NCBI GenBank assembly: GCA_029259695.1
Contig: JAJDEQ010000102.1
Location: 101,223-165,222, forward strand
Reading direction: 5' to 3'
Length of the DNA stretch: 64,000 nt
From: Planctomycetota bacterium
Lineage (GTDB): Bacteria > Planctomycetota > B15-G4
Shown: positions 8,918 to 17,941 of the stretch, in pieces
How the letters are laid out: the number at the start of each line of letters is the position of its first letter
Position numbering within the stretch: the first letter of the stretch is position 1
Notes under the pieces: generated by a model
Seen by the model: the letters and a program-made list of their open reading frames with translations, nothing else
What the model was told of the DNA's origin: nothing
Databases searched by the model: none
Made by a program: the position numbers and the translations under genes

Positions 8918-10264
8918 ATGCCAGCGACCCTGAACGTCGTCGTCCTCGCCGCCGGAGAGGGCAAGCGCCTCAAGGGGCGACTGCCCAAGGTGCTCTCGCC
9001 CATCTGGGGCCGGCCCGCCGTGGCCTGGCCCGTGGAGGCGGCGTGTGAGCTCGGGCCCGAGCGGGTGATCGTGGTGGCCGGTCAGCACCTGGAGCGGGTG
9101 CGCGAGGCCCTCGGCGCGGCCCTGCCCGAGGCGCCCCTGGAGTTCGCCCTGCAGCAGGACCCGCGCGGCACGGCCCATGCGGTGTTGGCGGCCCGGGACC
9201 AACTGGTCGGCCTGACCGGCCGGCTGCTGATCCTCAACGGCGACGGACCGCTGATCCACGCCGAGTTGCTGGACGCCCTGCTGGCGACTCACACCCAGGC
9301 CGGCGCCGCGGTGTCCCTGCTGAGCGTCTCGCTCGACGACCCCACCGGCTACGGGCGCATCGTCCGGGCCGCCGACGGCGGCGTGGACGCCATCGTGGAG
9401 CAGAAGGACGCCAGCGACGAGCAACGCGCGATCCGGGAGGTGAACGCCGGCGCGTACCTGGTGGAACTGCCGGCCGCGCTGGAGTTGCTGGACCGCATCG
9501 GCAGCGACAACGCCAGTGGCGAGCAGTACCTGACCGACCTGGTGGGTCTGGCCCGGGCGGCGGGGCACGGCGTGGCTGCCCTGCACTGGCCCTGCGCCGA
9601 GGACGCGCTGGGCTTCAACGACCAGGCCGAGTTGGCCCGGGTGCGCGCCGTGCTGCGCCGCCGCATCGTGGCCGCCCACATGGACGCCGGGGTCGAGGTG
9701 GTGGAGCCCGAGACGACCTACATCGACGCCCAGGTGACGATCGCCCCGGGGGCGCGCATCCTGCCCTGCACCATGATCGAGGGCCGGGTCGACATCGCGG
9801 CGGGCTGCGAGGTGGGCCCCTTCTCCCACCTGCGTGACGGCACGGTGCTCGAGCGGGGCGCCGAGATCGGCAACTTCGTCGAGACCAAGAAGACCCGGGT
9901 CGGCCCCGGCAGCAAGGCCAAGCACCTGACCTATCTGGGCGATGCCCAGATCGGCGCCAAGGCCAACATCGGCTGCGGCACGATCACGGCCAACTACGAC
10001 GGCCGGCACAAACACACGACGACCATCGGCGACGGCGCGTTCATCGGCAGCGGGACCGTGCTGGTGGCGCCGTCGACGGTCGAGGCGGGGGCCACCACCG
10101 GCGCGGGCGCGATCGTCAAGCGCTCGTCGGTCGTGGGCCGGGGCGAGACCTGGGTCGGGGTGCCCGCGCGGCCCCTGGCGCCGGCGCCGCGAGCTGCGGC
10201 CGGAGCGGACGAGCAGGAGCACGAGGGGCCTTCCGGGCCCGGCGGGGGTGACGACGGTGACTGA
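8918..10264 (+). CDS. glmU: bifunctional UDP-N-acetylglucosamine pyrophosphorylase / glucosamine-1-phosphate N-acetyltransferase
   Basis: N-terminal nucleotidyltransferase motif LAAGEGKRLKG..PKVL. C-terminal left-handed beta-helix hexapeptide repeats (GAKANIGCGTITANYDG..IGDGAFIGSGTVLVAP). Conserved position upstream of prs. Confidence 0.9.
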   Translation: MPATLNVVVLAAGEGKRLKGRLPKVLSPIWGRPAVAWPVEAACELGPERVIVVAGQHLERVREALGAALPEAPLEFALQQDPRGTAHAVLAARDQLVGLTGRLLILNGDGPLIHAELLDALLATHTQAGAAVSLLSVSLDDPTGYGRIVRAADGGVDAIVEQKDASDEQRAIREVNAGAYLVELPAALELLDRIGSDNASGEQYLTDLVGLARAAGHGVAALHWPCAEDALGFNDQAELARVRAVLRRRIVAAHMDAGVEVVEPETTYIDAQVTIAPGARILPCTMIEGRVDIAAGCEVGPFSHLRDGTVLERGAEIGNFVETKKTRVGPGSKAKHLTYLGDAQIGAKANIGCGTITANYDGRHKHTTTIGDGAFIGSGTVLVAPSTVEAGATTGAGAIVKRSSVVGRGETWVGVPARPLAPAPRAAAGADEQEHEGPSGPGGGDDGD

Positions 10265-10280
10265 TCGTCAGCGAGGCAAC

Positions 10281-11222
10281 ATGAATTACAACGGCATCCG
10301 GCTGCTGGCCGGCACGGCAAATCCGACGCTCGCGAAGTCGATCGCGGAGTACCTCGACAAACCGCTCTGCCAGGCACACGTCGATCGCTTCCCGGACGGG
10401 GAGATCGACGTGAAGATCCAGGAGGACATCCGCGGCAAGGACGTCTTCATCCTGCAACCCACCTGCCCTCCGGTGAACGAGAGCCTGATGGAGCTGCTGG
10501 TGCTGATCGACTGCTGCAAGCGGTCGTCGGTGGGGCGCATCACCCCGGTCATGCCCTACTTCGGCTATGCCCGGAAGGACCGCAAGGACGAGGGCCGGGT
10601 GCCGATCACGGCCAAGCTGGTGGCCGACATGCTGACCGTGGCCGGCGTCGATCGGGTGCTGACGATGGACCTGCACGCACCCCAGATCCAGGGCTTCTTC
10701 GACGTGCCCGTGGACCACCTCTACGCCAAACCGATCTTCAAGGAGTACTTCGCCAGCTTCGATTCGGACACGACGGTGGTCGTGGCCCCGGATGCGGGCG
10801 GGATCAAGATGGCCCGGGCCTACGCCAGCATGCTCCACATGCACTTCGCCATCGTGGACAAGCGCCGCATGGGCCCGGAGCAGACCGTCTCGGAGCACCT
10901 GATCGGCGACGTCGAGGGCATGGACGTGATCCTCGTGGACGACATGATCTCGACCGCCGGCACGATCACGGATGCGGCCAGAATGGTGAAGACACGGGGG
11001 GCCCAGAAGGTCTACATTTGCGCGACTCACGGCCTGTTCTGCGGAAGCGCCTTGGAGCGCATCCAGAACTCGGCCGCCGAGAAGGTCGTCGTGACGGACT
11101 CGGTCAAGCCCCTGGCCGACTACCCCGACATGATCGACACGCTGTCCGTGGCGCCGCTCCTGGCGGACGCCATCCAACGCATCCACATCAGCGAATCGGT
11201 GAGCTCGCTCTTCATCGAGTGA
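10281..11222 (+). CDS. prs: ribose-phosphate pyrophosphokinase (PRPP synthetase)
   Basis: Start at MNYNGIRLLAGTANPTLAKSIAEYL (ORF offset 113 codons). PRPP-binding motif VDDMISTAGT. Classic glmU-prs-rplY-pth order. Confidence 0.9.
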   Translation: MNYNGIRLLAGTANPTLAKSIAEYLDKPLCQAHVDRFPDGEIDVKIQEDIRGKDVFILQPTCPPVNESLMELLVLIDCCKRSSVGRITPVMPYFGYARKDRKDEGRVPITAKLVADMLTVAGVDRVLTMDLHAPQIQGFFDVPVDHLYAKPIFKEYFASFDSDTTVVVAPDAGGIKMARAYASMLHMHFAIVDKRRMGPEQTVSEHLIGDVEGMDVILVDDMISTAGTITDAARMVKTRGAQKVYICATHGLFCGSALERIQNSAAEKVVVTDSVKPLADYPDMIDTLSVAPLLADAIQRIHISESVSSLFIE

Positions 11223-11286
11223 GTCGCCGTCGCCCGAGACGCTCGCACCCGAGACCGGTCTCGAACACTGCCACGAAGAGGACCCG

Positions 11287-11955
11287 ATGAGCACCGTACT
11301 TTCCCTCCAGGCCGAACCCCGTCCGACGCAGGGCTCCCGCGAAGCGCGCCGCTCCCGGCGTGCCGGCCGCATCCCCGCCAACGTGTACGGCCACGGCGAA
11401 GGCAACGCGGCGCTGCTGCTCGATGCCCACGAACTCGAACTCGCCCTGGCCAAGCCGGGCAACATCTTCGAGCTCAAGATCGGCGGCAAGAGCGAGAACG
11501 CGCTGATCAAGGAGGTGCAGTACGACACCTTCGGACAGCACGTGCTGCACGTCGACTTCGCGCGCATCGACCTGAGCGAGGAGATCGAGGTGGAGGTCAA
11601 CCTCGAGCTGCGCGGCACGCCGGCCGGCGTGACCCAGGGCGGCAACATCCTGGTGCACCACAACACGATCTGGGTGCGCTGCATCGCCAGCGCGGTGCCC
11701 AGCGTGCTCGAGGTCGACGTCTCGAGCATCGAGATCGGCCACGCACTGCACGCGGGTGAGATCCCGTTGCCCGCCGGCATCAAGCTCGACACCCACAAGA
11801 TGGAAGCCGAGACCCAGATCATCGGTGTGCTCGCTCCGCGCGCCGCCGAACCCGAACCGGGCGAAGGCGACGAGGAGCCGGTGGAAGGCGTCGCGGAGGG
11901 CGAGAAGGCCCCCGAAGGCGACAAGCCCGAAGGCGAGGACAAGGGAGGCGCATAG
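11287..11955 (+). CDS. rplY: 50S ribosomal protein L25 / general stress protein Ctc, long form with acidic C-terminal tail
   Basis: N-terminal L25 fold motif (RxxGxIPAxVYG: RRAGRIPANVYG). Located between prs and pth. Ends at TAG 11953-11955. Confidence 0.85.
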   Translation: MSTVLSLQAEPRPTQGSREARRSRRAGRIPANVYGHGEGNAALLLDAHELELALAKPGNIFELKIGGKSENALIKEVQYDTFGQHVLHVDFARIDLSEEIEVEVNLELRGTPAGVTQGGNILVHHNTIWVRCIASAVPSVLEVDVSSIEIGHALHAGEIPLPAGIKLDTHKMEAETQIIGVLAPRAAEPEPGEGDEEPVEGVAEGEKAPEGDKPEGEDKGGA

Positions 11956-11958
11956 CCC

Positions 11959-12555
11959 TTGGCGACGGCCGGCCAGTCACCCGCGACCCGTCTGGTCGTG
12001 GGTCTGGGCAACCCCGGGGACGAGTACGACGGGACGCGACACAACGTCGGCTACGACGTCGTGGATCGCGTCGCGGCGTTCGACGACCGCCCGTTCCTGC
12101 GGCGCGGCCGTTCGCTCGTGGCCCGCGGGGAGCGCGGGGGCGGTGTCTACCTGCTGGCCAAGCCGCTGACCTACATGAACCGTTCCGGTCGGGCGGTGCG
12201 CGATCTGCTCGCGGACCTCGAGGGCCCGGTGGACGTGCTCGTCGTGTGCGACGACTTCCACCTGCCCCTGGCCAAGCTGCGCTGCCGCCTGAAGGGCAGC
12301 GCAGGCGGCCAGAACGGCCTGGCCTCGGTGATCGAGCACGTGAGCGCGGTGGATCCGAAGCGCCAGGTCCCGCGCCTGCGCTTCGGGATCGGGGATCCGG
12401 GCCGCATCCCGGCCGAGGACTTCGTGCTGCTGCGCTTCCGGCGCGGTGAGCTGGAGGCCGTGGCGGAGGGGGCCGAGCGGGCCGCCGCGCACGTCCACGA
12501 CTGGCTCGAGCACGGGGACCTCGACCGGCTCATGCGCGACTGCAACGCGGGCTGA
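11959..12555 (+). CDS. pth: peptidyl-tRNA hydrolase
   Basis: TTG start at 11959. Motifs LVVGLGNPG and catalytic-His segment TRHNVGYDVVDR. Directly downstream of rplY. Confidence 0.85.
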   Translation: MATAGQSPATRLVVGLGNPGDEYDGTRHNVGYDVVDRVAAFDDRPFLRRGRSLVARGERGGGVYLLAKPLTYMNRSGRAVRDLLADLEGPVDVLVVCDDFHLPLAKLRCRLKGSAGGQNGLASVIEHVSAVDPKRQVPRLRFGIGDPGRIPAEDFVLLRFRRGELEAVAEGAERAAAHVHDWLEHGDLDRLMRDCNAG

Positions 12556-12689
12556 GAAACGCGGGTTGAGAGCAGCCTCTGGCGGCCGGCGGGGCGGATG
12601 GCTACCATGCGCCGTTCCTGTTCGCTGGCCAGAGAACGGTTGCACGACGTGACCGCAGAGACTGGTCCACTCGTCCGGAGTGAACAGCC

Positions 12690-13331
12690 ATGACGTCGAC
12701 TGCTGTCGCCACAAAGCACTACGAGGCGATGTTCCTGCTCCACAACCGCGAGCCGGTGGATCTCCCCGAGGGGGAGACGCCCCCGACTCCCGAAGAGGTG
12801 GTCAAGGCCCTCGTCGAGAAGGCCGGCGGTGAACTCGCCCACGCCTTCGTGTGGGCCAACCGCAAGCTGGCCTACCCGATCCAGGGCAACCAGACCGGCA
12901 GCTTCGTGCTGTCGTACCTGAGCGGGAGCGCGGAGATGTGCACCGAGATCCAGCGCCTCGTGCGCATCTCGGATCGCGTGCTGCGCGTGCTCATGATCGC
13001 GGTGCCCCGCGTGCCCAGTGAGGACGAACTGCCCGGTCCGCTCAACGACGCCGCCGGTCGCGGTCGTCGCGACGACCCGGTGCCCGAGCCTCCGCCGCCG
13101 CGCAAGCCGGCGGTCGAAGGCGAGGAGCCGAAGGAAGACGAGCAGCGCGAGCGCTGGTCGCCCGACCAGCTCGACTACAAGAACGTGCACTACCTGCGCC
13201 GCATGGTCACCGCGCAGGGCAAGCTGTTCTCGCGCGTGCGTTCGACCCTTCCGGCCAAGTACCAGCGGCGGTTGCGCGTCGCGGTGCTGCGTGCCCGCAA
13301 CATCGCCCTGCTGCCCTTCGTGGCTCGCTGA
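12690..13331 (+). CDS. rpsF: 30S ribosomal protein S6 fused in-frame to 30S ribosomal protein S18 (apparent rpsF-rpsR fusion)
   Basis: Residues 1-~120 align to S6 (HYEAMFLLH..RKLAYPI). Residues ~155-213 align to the S18 core (DYKNVHYLRRMVTAQGKLFSRVRSTLPAKYQRRLRVAVLRARNIALLPF vs E. coli [49 protein letters not shown]). No stop and no ATG/GTG with RBS between the two parts. Confidence 0.75.
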   Translation: MTSTAVATKHYEAMFLLHNREPVDLPEGETPPTPEEVVKALVEKAGGELAHAFVWANRKLAYPIQGNQTGSFVLSYLSGSAEMCTEIQRLVRISDRVLRVLMIAVPRVPSEDELPGPLNDAAGRGRRDDPVPEPPPPRKPAVEGEEPKEDEQRERWSPDQLDYKNVHYLRRMVTAQGKLFSRVRSTLPAKYQRRLRVAVLRARNIALLPFVAR

Positions 13332-13345
13332 GGAAGAGGCAACTC

Positions 13346-13912
13346 ATGGAAATCATCCTCATCGAATCCGTCGCCGGCCTGGGTCGCCCGGGTGACAGGG
13401 TGAAGGTCAAGTCAGGCTACGCGCGCAACTTCCTCATGCCGCGCGGCAAGGCCGTGCCCGTGTCGTCCGACGTGCTGCGCAACCTGACCAAGCTCAAGCA
13501 ACGCGCCGATGAGGAAGAGCGCGCCTTGATCTCGTCCATGGGCGAACTCAAGGCCAAGCTCAAGGGCGCGCGCTTCGAGTTGAGCGCGCGTGCCACCGAC
13601 GAGGGTCACCTCTTCGGTTCGGTCACCGAGCGCGACGTGCAGGCCGCCATCGAGGCCGAAGGCTGGCAGATCCCGGCCCGTTCGGTGCGCATGGAGCAGC
13701 ACATCAAGGAAGCCGGCGATCACGAGCTCATGGTGCACCTCTACGGCGAGATCGAGGCCACGGTCGTGGTCGAGGTGATCCCGATCGATGACGAGGGCAA
13801 CCCGATCGAGTTGGTGGACGAACAGGCCGCTGCTGCCGCAGACGAGGGCGATGGCGACGAGTCCGCCGAGGACGCGTCCGAGACCGAAGCGGAGGAAGCG
13901 ACCGCTTCCTGA
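13346..13912 (+). CDS. rplI: 50S ribosomal protein L9 with acidic C-terminal extension
   Basis: MEIILIESVAGLGRPGDRVKVKSGYARNFLMPRG is the canonical L9 N-terminus. Follows rpsF/rpsR as in most bacteria. Confidence 0.9.
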   Translation: MEIILIESVAGLGRPGDRVKVKSGYARNFLMPRGKAVPVSSDVLRNLTKLKQRADEEERALISSMGELKAKLKGARFELSARATDEGHLFGSVTERDVQAAIEAEGWQIPARSVRMEQHIKEAGDHELMVHLYGEIEATVVVEVIPIDDEGNPIELVDEQAAAAADEGDGDESAEDASETEAEEATAS

Positions 13913-14035
13913 AGTTCCGCGCCGACGTCGTTTGACGCTCCACGCGACCCTCCCTAGACTTGGCGGCGTTGCGCGACCTGTGGTTGGGGAGCGCCCCGTG
14001 CACCCGCTTGCCGGGGGGACTGTCTCTTGAGCGTC

Positions 14036-15421
14036 ATGGACGACGCGTCCGCATACATTCCGCCTCAGAACATCGAGGCGGAGCAATGTGTGCTCGGCTC
14101 GATGCTGCACGACCGCGAAGTGATCGGCGACGTCGTGCTGATCCTCACGGCCGAAGACTTCTACATGCCGGCGCACACCGAGGTGTACCGCACCCTCGCG
14201 ACGCTCTACGACAAGGGCGAGCCGGTCGACCTGGTGCTGGCCACCAACGACCTCGAGAGCCGTGGCGAACTGGCCAAGGTGGGCGGGGTCGAGATGCTCG
14301 TGAGCCTGATGGAGTCGGTGCCGTCACCGGCCCACGCCGAGGCCTACGCGCGGCTGGTGCGGGAGTCATCCGAGCGGCGCCAGCTGGCCGACGCCGCCCA
14401 CGAGATCCTGCGCGACCTGCGGAAGACGGGCGGCAGTGACGTGGAGGAGCTGCTCGATCGCTCCGAGCAGCGCATCTTCTCCGTGGCCCACGGTCGCGGA
14501 CAGGATTCGACCGAGTCGATCCCGAACCTGATCAAGACGGCGCTGCGTCGCATCGAGGCCCTGCAGGGCGACGACGCCGACACGACCCGCGGCCTGCCCA
14601 CGCACTACGGCGAACTGGACCGCAAGCTCAACGGTCTCGCGGCGGGCGGTCTGTACATCATCGCCGGGCGCCCCTCCATGGGGAAGACGAGCTTCGCGCT
14701 CAACGTGCTCGAGAACATGTGCCTGCGCGGCGAGGCCGCCGCGCTGCTGTTCACCCTCGAGGTGACCAAGGAACAGGTCGCCGAGAACATGCTCTGCGCC
14801 CACGCCCGGGTCGACGCCCACAAGCTCATGCGCGGCGCTCTGTCGGACACCGAGTACATCCGCGTGCCGCAGGCTGCCGGCCGGCTGGCCCAGGCCAAGC
14901 TGTTCATCGACGACACGCCCGGGCTCACGATCACCCGGCTGCGGGCCAAGGCGCGCCGCCTGAAGGCGCGCCACGACATCGGCATCGTGGTCGTGGACTA
15001 CCTGCAATTGCTCACGGTGGGTGCCCATGTGGAGAGTCGGCAGATCGAGATCTCGCGCCTCTCGGGTGCGCTCAAGCAGATGGCGCGCGAACTCAAGATC
15101 CCGGTGGTGGCCCTGTCCCAGCTCAACCGCGGGGTCGAGGCGCGCCAGGACAAGCGGCCGATGATGGGCGACTTGCGTGAGTCCGGGTCGATCGAGCAGG
15201 ATGCCGACGCGGTGATGCTCCTCTACCGGGAGGAGTACTACAGCCCGGACAAGCTCGAGGCGAAGGGCAAGGCGGAAGTGATCCTCGCGAAGAACCGTAA
15301 CGGGCCCACGGGTGCCGTCGACCTGTTCTTCTTCCCGAACATGATGCGCTTCGAGAACCCGACCTACATTCCCGAGAGCGGTGGCGGAGGATCCCCTCCC
15401 CCCGTACCGGCCGCTCTGTGA
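14036..15421 (+). CDS. dnaB: replicative DNA helicase
   Basis: ATG at 14036 (ORF track starts at TTG 14027). N-terminal IPPQNIEAEQCVLGSML, Walker A GRPSMGKTSFAL, RecA-like core. Position after rplI is conserved. Confidence 0.9.
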   Translation: MDDASAYIPPQNIEAEQCVLGSMLHDREVIGDVVLILTAEDFYMPAHTEVYRTLATLYDKGEPVDLVLATNDLESRGELAKVGGVEMLVSLMESVPSPAHAEAYARLVRESSERRQLADAAHEILRDLRKTGGSDVEELLDRSEQRIFSVAHGRGQDSTESIPNLIKTALRRIEALQGDDADTTRGLPTHYGELDRKLNGLAAGGLYIIAGRPSMGKTSFALNVLENMCLRGEAAALLFTLEVTKEQVAENMLCAHARVDAHKLMRGALSDTEYIRVPQAAGRLAQAKLFIDDTPGLTITRLRAKARRLKARHDIGIVVVDYLQLLTVGAHVESRQIEISRLSGALKQMARELKIPVVALSQLNRGVEARQDKRPMMGDLRESGSIEQDADAVMLLYREEYYSPDKLEAKGKAEVILAKNRNGPTGAVDLFFFPNMMRFENPTYIPESGGGGSPPPVPAAL

Positions 15422-17916
15422 GCGGAGGGCCGCGCCGCGCGGTGACGCGCTCGACCTCGGCAGGTCTCCCCGCGGTCCTGCGGGGCCTGCTGGTGCTCAT
15501 GGCGTGCGCGGGATGGTGTGCGAGCGCAAGCGCCCAGGAGGGCGAACTGATCCTCGACGTCTTCATCGAGGGTGAGGTCGGGATCGATCACGCGCTGCTC
15601 GAGGCCAACCTGCGCACGCGCGTCGGGCGCCCGTACCTGGGCAGCTTCGTCGAAGAGGACACGCGCTTCCTCGCCAACGAGTACGGACTGCTGGCCGAGG
15701 CGCAGCTCGAGCCCGGCCCCCGCGTGCGCTTCCTGCTGGCGCGCATCCGGCGCTTCGACTCCTTCGAGATCGTGGGCAACGACTCGATCTCGACGCGCGA
15801 GCTGTTCAGTGCCGCGCGGCTGAACGAAGACGGTGATGCCACGCCCGACGAAGTGGCGCGGGCGCGCGACCTGGTGCGCGAGCACTACCTGGGCAAGGGC
15901 TACGCCTTCGTCCAGGTGGATCTGCGCCTCGACAAGGATCAGCGTTCGGGCGAGATGTGGATCTTCGAGGGTCCCCGGGTGAAGGTCGACGAGGTCGTCG
16001 TCGAAGGCCTCACGGCGCTCGACCAGGGCGACGCGCTGCGCCTGCTGGGCAGCAACCCGCCCTGGTGGTCGTTCGTGTTCGGTCACGACTACCAACAGTC
16101 GATCGTCGACCGCGACCTGGTCCTGCTGGAGAGCTTCGTACGCGGGGAGGGCTACCTGGACGCCCGCGTGGCCCAGGGCCAGTTGCGCTGGTTGGACGGG
16201 CGCGAGAAGGTGGCCGTGGTCATGAGCGTGGACGAGGGCGAACGCTACGTGGTGCGCTCGGTGAGCGTGGAGGGCAACGCGGCCATCAGCACCGAAGAGC
16301 TGCTGAAGGACGCCGAGATCGTGGCGGGCTCGCCCTATCGCCGGGCCGACCTGGGTCGTGTCGTGCGGCGCATGCTGGGCTTGTACGGCGAGCAGGGGTA
16401 CATCGAGGCGCGGGTGCAGCCCGAGGCGATCTACGACGAGTTCGATGCGGTGCTCGACCTCGTCTGGGATGTCGAGGAGAGCAACCAGAAGACCGTGCGG
16501 GACGTCATCGTGCGCGGCAACACCGGCACGCGTGACGACGTGATCCGGCGCCAGCTCACCGTCTACCCCGGTGACGTCGTCGACACCAGCGAGCTGCGCT
16601 GGAGTGAGGACGCGCTGGTGGCCCTGGGTTACTTCACCGACGCCGTGGGCACGCCCAAGGTGCGCGTGTCCACCGAGGACACGCCCGATCCGGGCATGGT
16701 CGACGTGATCGTCGAGGTGGCCGACAACGAGAGCGGACTGTTCTCGTTCCTGGTCGGTGCCGGTTCGGACAGCGGCATCTTCGGCGGCGTGTCGGTGGAC
16801 AAGCGCAACTTCGACATCCGCCGCGGCGCGTCGTCCTGGGGGCAGTTCCTGGACGAGGTGTTCGGCACCGGCGGCGCCTTCCACGGTGGCGGCCAGCGCC
16901 TGTTCCTGGAGATCCTGCCCGGCACGGAGACGACCCAGGCCGAGATCATGTTCCAGGATCCGTGGCTCGACTCGTCGGCGGAGGAGCCCTGGGGGCTGAC
17001 GGCGAACCTCTACGATCGCCGCCGGGTGTTCGACGACTACGACCGGGAGAACACGGGCTTCTACCTGGGCTTCGACCACAAGCTCACGCGCGAGCAGTCG
17101 ATCTCGCTCGGGGCGCGCATCGAGAACGTCGACATCTCCGACGTGGACGGCGGTGCGGGCCCGGCCATCCGGGCCGCCGAAGGCGACGCCAACACCAACA
17201 CGCTCGAGGCCAGCTGGCGCTACGAGGACCTCGACTCCCGTTCGTCGCCCACCAGCGGCTTCGCCACGGGCGTCCGCTTCGAGAACGCCGGCACGGTGCT
17301 CGGCTCCGACAACGAGCTGAACCGGCTGGTCGCCACCGGCGAGTACTACCAGGCGATCCACGAGGACGACGACGGCAACAAGTCCGTGCTCCACAGCCGC
17401 ATGGCGCTGGGCGTGGTGGACGGCGAGGGCGACCTGGATCCGGTGCGCGTCGCGGGCCCGGGCACGCCGCTGGTCCCCGGCAGCCCCGAGGACGACGACC
17501 TGCCCTTCTACGAGAACTTCTTCGTGGGCGGGACGAGCGGGCCCTTCGCCATGCGCGGCTTCGAGTTCCAGGGCCTCGGCCCTCACCAGAGCGGGGAGGC
17601 CATCGGCGGCGAGCTGGCCATGGTGCTGTCGGTGGAGGCGCTGGTGCCGTTGGTCACGCGCTACAACCCGTTCCGGGACCGCGAGGAGAGCACGGTCAAG
17701 GGGGTCGCCTTCGTGGAGGCCGGCAACCTGCGCCCCGATTCGGGGGACTGGGGCGACCTCGGCAGTGACCTGCGCGTGGCGGCGGGCATCGGTGCCCGCG
17801 TGCGCCTGCCGGCGCTGGGCGGCGTGACGCTGGCCATCGACTGGGCGCCCTTCGTCTCCGATCAGGACGAGGACGAAACGCGCTCCTTCAGCTTCGAGTT
17901 GGCGCGGCGCTTCTGA
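15418..17916 (+). CDS. bamA: outer membrane protein assembly factor BamA (Omp85 family, POTRA repeats + beta-barrel)
   Basis: GTG start overlaps the dnaB stop. Signal peptide (LLVLMACAGWCASASAQE). ~830 aa with repeated POTRA-like segments. C-terminal beta-barrel ends in aromatic residue (..FSFELARRF). Upstream of lpxD as in the canonical envelope cluster. Confidence 0.85.
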   Translation: MSGGPRRAVTRSTSAGLPAVLRGLLVLMACAGWCASASAQEGELILDVFIEGEVGIDHALLEANLRTRVGRPYLGSFVEEDTRFLANEYGLLAEAQLEPGPRVRFLLARIRRFDSFEIVGNDSISTRELFSAARLNEDGDATPDEVARARDLVREHYLGKGYAFVQVDLRLDKDQRSGEMWIFEGPRVKVDEVVVEGLTALDQGDALRLLGSNPPWWSFVFGHDYQQSIVDRDLVLLESFVRGEGYLDARVAQGQLRWLDGREKVAVVMSVDEGERYVVRSVSVEGNAAISTEELLKDAEIVAGSPYRRADLGRVVRRMLGLYGEQGYIEARVQPEAIYDEFDAVLDLVWDVEESNQKTVRDVIVRGNTGTRDDVIRRQLTVYPGDVVDTSELRWSEDALVALGYFTDAVGTPKVRVSTEDTPDPGMVDVIVEVADNESGLFSFLVGAGSDSGIFGGVSVDKRNFDIRRGASSWGQFLDEVFGTGGAFHGGGQRLFLEILPGTETTQAEIMFQDPWLDSSAEEPWGLTANLYDRRRVFDDYDRENTGFYLGFDHKLTREQSISLGARIENVDISDVDGGAGPAIRAAEGDANTNTLEASWRYEDLDSRSSPTSGFATGVRFENAGTVLGSDNELNRLVATGEYYQAIHEDDDGNKSVLHSRMALGVVDGEGDLDPVRVAGPGTPLVPGSPEDDDLPFYENFFVGGTSGPFAMRGFEFQGLGPHQSGEAIGGELAMVLSVEALVPLVTRYNPFRDREESTVKGVAFVEAGNLRPDSGDWGDLGSDLRVAAGIGARVRLPALGGVTLAIDWAPFVSDQDEDETRSFSFELARRF

Positions 17917-17941
17917 GAGCCGGCGCCCCCTTCCCTCGGGC

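Noticed and set aside
11953-11961. rplY ends in TAG and pth continues in the same frame 1 codon later (like the pyrH case), raising the idea of genome-wide TAG readthrough or recoding
   Set aside because: Frame coincidence has 1/3 prior probability. L25 and Pth are unrelated proteins with their own conserved termini. TAG clearly works as a stop for lpxA, where the next gene starts inside it in another frame. No support for systematic TAG reassignment.
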